A stretch of 64,000 bases of DNA from an uncultured Candidatus Saccharibacteria bacterium (GTDB lineage Bacteria > Patescibacteriota > WWE3 > CAZQFB01). The first letter of the stretch is position 1; every line of letters begins with the position of its first letter. The translations under genes and the position numbers were made by a program. Shown one piece after another: positions 56,854 through 64,000 of this stretch. The notes under the pieces are model-generated. The model was given only the letters and a program-made list of their open reading frames with translations, had not been told where the DNA came from and made no database searches. Location: contig CAZQFB010000003.1 of assembly GCA_964592525.1 (NCBI GenBank), positions 19,043 through 83,042 on the forward strand. The letters run 5' to 3'.

Positions 56854-57795
56854 ATGACTAAATTATTTTTGGGGGTGAATGGGGGTGGTTCCGGTACCAC
56901 TGCTTGTTTAATTGAGCCCTCAAACACAAGTAAACTTAGCGGTGGACCAACCCATTATTTTAGTGTCGGTTTAGACACCGCCCTAGATAACTTAAACCAA
57001 TTGTTGGAAGCATTGCTGGGTCAACAAAATCATAATGAAATAAAGGCAGTGATCAGCTTATCGGGACTAGATACTGCCCATGATATCGCTTTGTGGCAAA
57101 CCAAGCTGCATGATATATGGTCAAGTAAATATCCGCACTTACAGTTTTATCTGATTAATGACACGTTAGCTGCCCTGCGGTCGGGGACCCAGAATGCTAA
57201 TGCTGCTGTCATTATCAGCGGTACTGGTTCGGTCGCTTATGGTCGTAATCATAAAGGGGAAAGTAGTAAAACCGGTGGTTTAAAGCAGATCTTATCTGAT
57301 GAGGGTAGTGGTTATGATATTGGTCTCCAGGCACTTAAACATGTTACCCGCACCATGGACGGTCGGGATAAACCCACGCCACTATCACAAAGATTTCAAC
57401 AGCATTACCAAGTAGCTACTTTGGAAGAGTTACATAACCTAATCTACAGCTCCTCAAGTAAACAAGGCTGGGATAAAAAACAAATCGCAGCGGTGGCCAT
57501 ATTAGTGGGCGAAGCACTTGAAGAAGGCGACCAATACGCTTTATCTATATGTCACCAAGCATCAGCCAATTTGTTTTTGATGGTTGACACCGTGATCCAA
57601 AACTTGGCGCTAACTAAATTTGATTTGGTGCTCGCTGGAGGAATACTAGAACATATACTCGTTGTTAGTGACTTGTTAACTACTCAAGTCAAGAATAAGT
57701 ACCCTGATAGCACTATCTGTCAGCCTCAAATTGAGTATGCAGAAGCAGCTGCCTTACTTGCCCGGGAAAACCTACACTTTTTCCGGAGCGGGTAG
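56854..57795 (+). CDS. BadF/N-acetylglucosamine kinase-like sugar kinase
   Basis: GVNGGGS, IND, ISGTGS, SDEGSGYDIG motifs. Confidence 0.85.
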   Translation: MTKLFLGVNGGGSGTTACLIEPSNTSKLSGGPTHYFSVGLDTALDNLNQLLEALLGQQNHNEIKAVISLSGLDTAHDIALWQTKLHDIWSSKYPHLQFYLINDTLAALRSGTQNANAAVIISGTGSVAYGRNHKGESSKTGGLKQILSDEGSGYDIGLQALKHVTRTMDGRDKPTPLSQRFQQHYQVATLEELHNLIYSSSSKQGWDKKQIAAVAILVGEALEEGDQYALSICHQASANLFLMVDTVIQNLALTKFDLVLAGGILEHILVVSDLLTTQVKNKYPDSTICQPQIEYAEAAALLARENLHFFRSG

Positions 57796-59523
57796 ACCCA
57801 GCACTCCCAAACCATGCTTTAAAACCATCATTACTGTCTTAGTCAAGGCGATTCTTCTTAAACGGTCTGTTTCCTGATCAGCCTGCAGTATTCTTAAATC
57901 ATTATAAAGACTGTTAAATCCTTGGCTTAAAGTAAATAAGTAAGCACACAAAATACTCGGATTGTAGTGCTCTGAAGCTCTAAGTAATTGTTGGTTATAC
58001 TGTAGTAACACATTTAGTAAAGCTGATTCTGTGCTGTGAAAAGGACCTTGGAGTGGTTTGAGCTTAATGCTTTGCACTTCGTTGATAATACTAGTAGCTC
58101 GCGCATGTGTATATTGTAGATAGGGACCGGTATTACCCACAATTTGCGTAGCCACAGCTTCATTATAGGTAATGTTATTGCCAATAGAATGAGCAAGAAT
58201 ACTATATTTAATGGCGCCAAGTGCTAGTTCCTCGGCGCTATGCTTAGCAGTCACCAACGCTAACGTTTTTTTAAGGCTAGCTTCAAGTAAAGCTTCTGCT
58301 GGCACCACTTCTCCTGTTCGGGAAGACATTTTACCGCCCTCTAGCCGCATCATGCCGTGACCCAAGTGCTTAGTTTTACGTGCTAAATCAGAATCAATCT
58401 TGCCTAAAGCCTTAAGCACCACCTGAAAATAATCATTAACTTCGTTACCCGTGATAATTATTGATAGGTCATAGGGTGATGTTTCTTTTTTCACAAAAGC
58501 CAGGCCTAAATCCTTGGCTTCATAGGTTGGCATACCTTGTGAGTTAATAAACACTCTGTTATGCAAGCCTTCCCGCTCACCCCGAAAAATAACTGCCCCC
58601 TCACTCAATTCAAAGATACCCTCCCTCAAACCTTTTTGTACTATCCTTTCACCAACAACTGCCGTTTGTGATTCAAAGTAATACTGGTCAAACTTGGTTC
58701 CCAGCTTCTGGTAAAGTAATTCAAAGTAATCCAAGCTCCACTGGCGACCGTCTAAGTACCAACGCTTGATGATTTCATAGGGAATAGGTAAATCAGTAGG
58801 TGGGGGGTAGGGGTTTTCACCTTTAGCTACCAATTCCTGGTGAGCGATATGGGCAACAGCTATATTAATTTTTTCAATTGCCTCCAAGTTTTCTTTATTT
58901 GTCTCGGATCCTCTTTTATAAGCTTGTCCTAGCCAAGCGATTCGCTCGGGGAGAGGTTTAGTACTAAGATCCTTTTGCTCGCTGCCTGTCTCGGCAAACA
59001 TTAACTGCATACCGTAAATAGTTTTAGCTACATGAAGTCCCACGTCTCCTTGGTAGTTTGCTCTGCTAACTTGCGCCCCCTGCGTTTCCAACAACCGAGC
59101 AATCGCTTCACCAATAGCATTACTCATGACATGACCCACGTGAAATAGTTTGAAGGGATTAGGATCGGTATACTCAACCACAATGTGTTGATTATGTAAG
59201 GAATCACCTTTGCTCATACTGTCGTTTTGAGCTATTTTCTGTAGTATTTCCACTTTAAAAAGATCCGAGTAATAAAGATTGATAAATCCAGGGGAGACCG
59301 CTTCCGCTCTCTCTATAAAGTTACTTTCCAAGCCTTCACAGATAACCTGACTTAATTCTAGTGCCGTGTAGTCTGTCTGCTTAGCTAAGGTTAGCGCCAC
59401 GTTAGTACAAATATCTCCTTGGTCAGGCTGGGGGGGTATTGATAGTTGAACTGGTACATTAGTTAAACCAATCTTTTTTAAAGATGCTTTGATAATTTCT
59501 TCAATTTCAGTTAATGGGTTCAT
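57772..59523 (-). CDS. argS: Arginine--tRNA ligase
   Basis: EYTDPNPFKLFHVGH, KMSSRTG, GNTGPYLQYTHAR motifs. Confidence 0.96.
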   Translation of the reverse strand: MNPLTEIEEIIKASLKKIGLTNVPVQLSIPPQPDQGDICTNVALTLAKQTDYTALELSQVICEGLESNFIERAEAVSPGFINLYYSDLFKVEILQKIAQNDSMSKGDSLHNQHIVVEYTDPNPFKLFHVGHVMSNAIGEAIARLLETQGAQVSRANYQGDVGLHVAKTIYGMQLMFAETGSEQKDLSTKPLPERIAWLGQAYKRGSETNKENLEAIEKINIAVAHIAHQELVAKGENPYPPPTDLPIPYEIIKRWYLDGRQWSLDYFELLYQKLGTKFDQYYFESQTAVVGERIVQKGLREGIFELSEGAVIFRGEREGLHNRVFINSQGMPTYEAKDLGLAFVKKETSPYDLSIIITGNEVNDYFQVVLKALGKIDSDLARKTKHLGHGMMRLEGGKMSSRTGEVVPAEALLEASLKKTLALVTAKHSAEELALGAIKYSILAHSIGNNITYNEAVATQIVGNTGPYLQYTHARATSIINEVQSIKLKPLQGPFHSTESALLNVLLQYNQQLLRASEHYNPSILCAYLFTLSQGFNSLYNDLRILQADQETDRLRRIALTKTVMMVLKHGLGVLGLPAPEKV

Positions 59524-59601
59524 CAGAATTTATTATACTTTAAGTAGCTAGTTATGGGGTATTAATTAACTGATTTATGCTAGAATTATGTATTCTAAAT
59601 T

Positions 59602-59690
59602 GCCGGGGTGGCGGAATGGAAGACGCGACGGACTTAAAATCCGTTGATCCTATGCGGATCGTGAGGGTTCGAGTCCCTCTCCCGGCACCA
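59602..59690 (+). tRNA. tRNA-Leu(TAA)
   Basis: ACGGA-CTTAAAA-TCCGT; long variable arm; CCA encoded. Confidence 0.94.
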
Positions 59691-59731
59691 CATTTCACAT
59701 AGTTACCTTATTAACTAGAAAGGATACATAA

Positions 59732-60037
59732 ATGAAAGGATTTTTAATTTTTGTTAGAGAACAAGGCGTAGTTGGTTTAGCTGTTGGTTTTATTCTGGGT
59801 GGTGCTATTTCTAAACTAGTCGCTTCTTTAGTAGCAGATATTATTAATCCTTTATTAGGCATACTTATTGGTAGTGTGGGGGGCATTAAAACAGCCACCT
59901 TAACCATTGGTCCAGCTAACTTAATGGTTGGTAACTTTATCACCGTGTTAATAGACTTTTTCATTGTGGCTTTGGTGGTTTACTTTGGTGTAAAAAAATT
60001 AGGCTTAGACAAACTGGATAAAAGTAAAGAGGGTTAA
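59732..60037 (+). CDS. mscL: Large-conductance mechanosensitive channel (short form)
   Basis: F..F....VVGLAVGFILGGA..KLVASLVADIINP motif. Confidence 0.9.
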   Translation: MKGFLIFVREQGVVGLAVGFILGGAISKLVASLVADIINPLLGILIGSVGGIKTATLTIGPANLMVGNFITVLIDFFIVALVVYFGVKKLGLDKLDKSKEG

Positions 60038-60403
60038 TTATACACCATGCGTAATAGTCTCTTTGTTAGCTGGTCTATAAACCCAGTAAAAACCGCCACA
60101 TGAATCTGGATAGTTCATTTGAGAATGATAGCTGGCGTAACCCCAATTATCGGGTAGGGGGTCGAGGGTGACTAAAAAATACTCTAACTCACTTAAAACC
60201 CATTTTTCAATATTTGCTTTTTCTGCAAGTTGAGCACTAGGTAGCGGCAGAAACTCATAGACAAACTCAAACCTGTTATCACCTCGGCAAACCCTTGCTA
60301 CCGGTGAATTGTTACTGGAGGAGTCAATATCTCCATAATATAGATAAATATAATCTTTTTGCTTAGCTACTAAACCTTGTTTCAGATAATTATTTTCAGC
60401 CAG
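60038..60403 (-). CDS. Uncalled hypothetical protein (121 aa, CTG start?)
   Basis: Stop-free frame of about 124 codons filling the intergenic gap; no early ATG/GTG/TTG. Confidence 0.5.
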   Translation of the reverse strand: MAENNYLKQGLVAKQKDYIYLYYGDIDSSSNNSPVARVCRGDNRFEFVYEFLPLPSAQLAEKANIEKWVLSELEYFLVTLDPLPDNWGYASYHSQMNYPDSCGGFYWVYRPANKETITHGV

Positions 60404-60547
60404 TAGTAAGTACTAATTGATTTTGAGCTTTAGAGCTACTTTTGTTAAACTTTGGGTTATTCACGGGTGTAACTTTTATTTGTCTGTGCTTTTTCTATAG
60501 AAAGTACGGACCTTGGAAAAAAGAAGTAAAGGTTAATTCCAATAAGG

Positions 60548-60620
60548 CGGGGTGTGGCGCAGTTGGCAGCGCGCACGCTTTGGGAGCGTGAGGTCCCCGG
60601 TTCGAGCCCGGGCACCCCGA
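60548..60620 (+). tRNA. tRNA-Pro(TGG)
   Basis: CACGC-TTTGGGA-GCGTG anticodon arm. Confidence 0.94.
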
Positions 60621-60653
60621 CACTACATTAGCTAATGATAAAATACCTGTAAC

Positions 60654-62780
60654 ATGCAGCTGCATAAATATTACTTCTTAATTGGCGTCATTTTCTTCCA
60701 CTGCAAGCGCTTTATCAAAACCATGATTCTTTCTGCAAGCACCCTTTTGTTGTTGGGGCTTGGTTTAGGTATCGGTTATGCTTTTTCCTTTTATGATTGG
60801 TTTTACACTACTATTTACCCGGAAGTACCCAGACAAATATTTATTGAACCCTACAAATTAGGTCAAGCTTCTTATTATTATGACAATGATGATAACGAAA
60901 TATACCGGGAATATCACAATGAAAATAGGACTATTATTAAATATGAAGAGATCCCACCCCAACTTATCAATGCCATTGTGGCGATTGAGGACCGGGAATA
61001 TTTTGAGCATTCGGGTATTTCCTACCGAGGTATTGCCCGAGCTTTATACAATAATTATCTACTCAAGCAAGGTTATCTGGAAGGTGGTTCTACGATAACG
61101 CAGCAACTCGCGAAAAACTTATTTCTCTCACCAGAAAAGACAATTGAACGCAAATTAAAAGAAATGCTTTATGCCTATAGAATTGAGAAGCAATACCTTA
61201 AGGAAGAAATACTGGAGTTTTATTTAAACACTGTACCGTTTGGTGGCACGGCTTACGGTATTGAAGCTGCTGCCCAACAGTTTTTTCACAAGACCACCAA
61301 AGAACTTTCTTTAGCGGAAGCTTCTTTCTTGGCTGGTCTGCCAGCAGCACCAACAGAATATTCTCCTTATAATTCAGAGGAAATAGCTAAAGAAAGACAA
61401 AAACAAGTCCTCTATGCCATGCAAGCAATGGGTTTTATTGACTGGCACACCGTTCGCGAAGCCTACTGGACCAAGCTGCCGATTTATGCCCCAGTGGCTA
61501 CCATCACCCACCCCCATTTTATTTTTTATACGCAACAATACGTAGCTGATTTACTCGGTGAGGAAGTGCTGCAAAAAGGGGGCTTAAAAATATATACCAC
61601 CATTGATGCTAATCTGCAAAGCTTGGCGCAAGATGCCACCAGCAACACCTTACCCGAATTGAGGCAATACCACATTTCCAATGCTGCTGCTTTAATTACC
61701 GAAAATGATTCAGGAGCGATTAGAGCCATGGTCGGTAGTAAAAATTATTACGCCCAAGACATAGATGGGTTTGTTAATTTAACAACTGCTTTTCGTCAAC
61801 CCGGATCAGCCATCAAGCCAATTAACTACACGCTGTTTTTAGAAAACGGAAACACCTTATCTACCCTGATTAAAGATGCCCAAATATCATATCCACAAGC
61901 AAACGGTGAAAAATATGAACCCGTTAATTACGATAATAAATTTAGAGGTGATGTCACGGTGAGAAGAGCTTTAGCGAATTCCTTAAACATACCATCGGTT
62001 AAAGCCCTTGAGCAAAATGGCATTGAAGAATTTGCCTCCTTAGCGGTTAAGTTTGGTCTTGATCCATGGCCTCCAGAAACATGGGGTTTAGCTTTGGCTT
62101 TAGGTTCTGCAGAAATACGCATGGTGAAAATGAACGAGGCTTACAGCGTTTTTCCCAATCATGGTAGGAGGATTAGAGTGACTCCTATTCGTTACATTCT
62201 AGATAGTAATAATAACCTCCTATATTTTAATTCCTGTCTATACTTAAAGGAATCATTTCCAAAGCTTGCTCTGCTGGTTGAGCAATCGTGCAGTCATCAA
62301 ATTATTCACCAAGAAACAGCCTTTTTGATTACCTCGGTGCTGACCGATCAAAAAACGAGAAAAGAAGCTTTTGGCACCGAAAACGAGCTTAATATTGATG
62401 GTGTTGCTGCCAAAACCGGCACGACCAATGAATTAAGAGATAACTGGACTTTTGGTTTTAATAAGCAGTACACCGTTGGTGCCTGGGTAGGCAACAACGA
62501 TAATTCGCCTATGACGGAATTTGCGAGTGGCTTAACTGGAGCAGCTACCGTTTGGCATAAACTTATTGTTGCTGTGACTAACGAGGAAAATAAAATTATT
62601 CTGGATGATTGGCAACCAGAAACCATCAAGAAAGTTAAAGTCTGTGCTCCCAGGAACACTTTGCCTTGTCAAAGCTGTAACACTGGCGAGGAGTATTATA
62701 TTGATAAAACCCAGCCGACTCTTTATTGCCTAGACCCCAAACCACCCGAAGGCGAAAAGAAAGAAGAGGAGAAAGATTGA
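60654..62780 (+). CDS. Class A penicillin-binding protein (PBP1A family)
   Basis: EDREYFEHSG, GGSTITQQLAKN, RKLKE, SAIK, SLN, KTGT motifs. Confidence 0.95.
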   Translation: MQLHKYYFLIGVIFFHCKRFIKTMILSASTLLLLGLGLGIGYAFSFYDWFYTTIYPEVPRQIFIEPYKLGQASYYYDNDDNEIYREYHNENRTIIKYEEIPPQLINAIVAIEDREYFEHSGISYRGIARALYNNYLLKQGYLEGGSTITQQLAKNLFLSPEKTIERKLKEMLYAYRIEKQYLKEEILEFYLNTVPFGGTAYGIEAAAQQFFHKTTKELSLAEASFLAGLPAAPTEYSPYNSEEIAKERQKQVLYAMQAMGFIDWHTVREAYWTKLPIYAPVATITHPHFIFYTQQYVADLLGEEVLQKGGLKIYTTIDANLQSLAQDATSNTLPELRQYHISNAAALITENDSGAIRAMVGSKNYYAQDIDGFVNLTTAFRQPGSAIKPINYTLFLENGNTLSTLIKDAQISYPQANGEKYEPVNYDNKFRGDVTVRRALANSLNIPSVKALEQNGIEEFASLAVKFGLDPWPPETWGLALALGSAEIRMVKMNEAYSVFPNHGRRIRVTPIRYILDSNNNLLYFNSCLYLKESFPKLALLVEQSCSHQIIHQETAFLITSVLTDQKTRKEAFGTENELNIDGVAAKTGTTNELRDNWTFGFNKQYTVGAWVGNNDNSPMTEFASGLTGAATVWHKLIVAVTNEENKIILDDWQPETIKKVKVCAPRNTLPCQSCNTGEEYYIDKTQPTLYCLDPKPPEGEKKEEEKD

Positions 62781-63847
62781 TATTAGCAAAGAACCCCAAA
62801 ACAAAAAGGGCTTATCTGGCAATTACTGTAGTCTTAAATAGCCTGTTGCTTCTCTTTGCTGGGCAGCTTTTCTTCCCCCAAGTAACAGCTTTTATTCTCA
62901 CAACCTTGTGGTTTTTACTGCTGATTATTGTCGTTATCTTTATCAGCTTAGGGTCTTTTGTGTTGTTAGGAATGAAGACTGAAGTTAGTAACATCTTAGA
63001 TATGTTAGTTGAGGGCACTTTATCGTTTTTTGATTTTGTTGAGTTATTAAAGCAAGTAATCAGGAAATTTTGGCAAGAGCTACAGGAATTTTTAGTTTTT
63101 TTCTCTCCTTTTGTTGCTTACTTGATCGTTACTGTTCTTTATTTTGGACTGTTACTTATTTATAAGTATTTCAGTCAAACCTCTGACGTCACGATGATTA
63201 CCGTCCTTTTGACGGTCTTATTAATCACCTTTATCGGTATCATGAATTTACCAAGAAAAAACAAGGTTTCGCCTGTTACCGCAAAGGTGCGCATCCTCAA
63301 CCGTTTTAAAGCTGGCTTTTCTGATGCTGCAGAGATAGCGGTTTTTGTTTTTTTTATTACTTTGGACAGTACTAAGTTGTTTTTTTTACCCCCCACGTTA
63401 AACATACCTATTCGAGCCGATTTTCTGGGTTATGATCTAATGCGTTCCAGCATTACTTCTCTAGGCGCCGGTTTTACTATTTCCTTAATCATTTTAGCAG
63501 TGACTTCAGAAATCCTAAAAAATGCTATACGTATTATTATCATTGCGGTTGATTATTATGATGAAGCAATGAATGGAAAAGAGCCTACACCTAAAGTCAA
63601 AACGGAAGTGATTAAAAGAGCAATTCGACGTAGCTTTGGCGAATCAAAAGACGACACCCTTAAGTTTATTGCCTTCACTACGATTTTATTGTGTGTCTTT
63701 TTATTTTTCCCACGCTTGAAAGTACTGTCAATGGCCGTAGCGAGTCTTTCTGGTTTGGCGCTAGACTTTATTTTTCCCATACGGTTACATGCTACTAGAG
63801 GCACTGATCTGTTTTCCCGGTTAATCTTCAAGGTCTTTCGTCTTTAA
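62777..63847 (+). CDS. Polytopic membrane protein of unknown function
   Basis: Many hydrophobic helices; TTG overlaps the PBP stop, preceded by GAGGAG. Confidence 0.75.
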   Translation: MILAKNPKTKRAYLAITVVLNSLLLLFAGQLFFPQVTAFILTTLWFLLLIIVVIFISLGSFVLLGMKTEVSNILDMLVEGTLSFFDFVELLKQVIRKFWQELQEFLVFFSPFVAYLIVTVLYFGLLLIYKYFSQTSDVTMITVLLTVLLITFIGIMNLPRKNKVSPVTAKVRILNRFKAGFSDAAEIAVFVFFITLDSTKLFFLPPTLNIPIRADFLGYDLMRSSITSLGAGFTISLIILAVTSEILKNAIRIIIIAVDYYDEAMNGKEPTPKVKTEVIKRAIRRSFGESKDDTLKFIAFTTILLCVFLFFPRLKVLSMAVASLSGLALDFIFPIRLHATRGTDLFSRLIFKVFRL

Positions 63848-63889
63848 TTAGCCGGGCAACGTGATAACATAAAAATGTAACGTCTGCCC

Positions 63890-64000
63890 ATGACTAACGA
63901 TGAATTTGAACAGGTAATTAGAAGCCACGCTTTTTATAATAACGATGAGCTTAAACCGACCGATATTAGTGCTATTTTAGGTTGTAACCTGACCTTATTA
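63890..64000 (+). CDS. Partial ORF at the window end
   Basis: MTNDEFEQVIRSHAFYNNDELKPTDISAILGCNLTLL, open to the edge. Confidence 0.45.
   Translation, partial: MTNDEFEQVIRSHAFYNNDELKPTDISAILGCNLTLL

Noticed and set aside
21450-63831. Many short antisense or alternate-frame ORFs nested in long genes (e.g. 23337-23615, 31058-31381, 39838-40137, 62348-62659)
   Set aside because: They lie wholly inside well-supported CDS and have no motifs or expression signals
1-64000. CRISPR array
   Set aside because: No regularly spaced direct repeats were seen; the Cas4-like nuclease is solitary
1-64000. Alternative genetic code (TGA as Gly or Trp)
   Set aside because: Conserved genes such as argS-flanking, MacA-like and PBP1A ORFs are full length under code 11, and several end in TGA at the expected position

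Overview
A gene-dense, AT-rich bacterial window that uses TGA as stop (code 11). Gene content and style point, by inference, to a Patescibacteria/CPR genome, probably Microgenomates-like. It holds about 70 CDS: secG, trpS, argS, metK, class I aldolase, a Pgi-Gnd fusion, PBP1A, MacAB-type ABC, two MgtE, GT-C glycosyltransferases and a GH15-GT4-GH57 glucan operon. It also has 11 tRNAs and a compact SAM-I riboswitch upstream of metK. The most striking unexplained structure is a split in gene architecture. Backbone genes look leaderless, with a -10 box 6-7 nt before the start codon and no SD. Scattered among them are at least 7 orphan self-contained mini-cassettes (-35/-10 promoter, short leader with SD, small mostly hydrophobic ORF, GC-rich hairpin) and several ORF-less promoter-hairpin-terminator units. 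One cassette block sits between 17-bp direct repeats that swap the C-terminus of the neighbouring gene. Another cassette encodes an apparent TraR-helix/Gre-CTD chimera. Other highlights: a GIY-YIG gene flanked by tRNA-Gly and a tRNA copy whose anticodon arm is replaced by a palindrome, tandem serine-recombinase island relics at tRNA-Gln, a 6S-like RNA candidate, a frameshifted deoxynucleoside kinase and an uncalled 121-aa ORF. All family calls come from motif recognition by eye; no searches were run.
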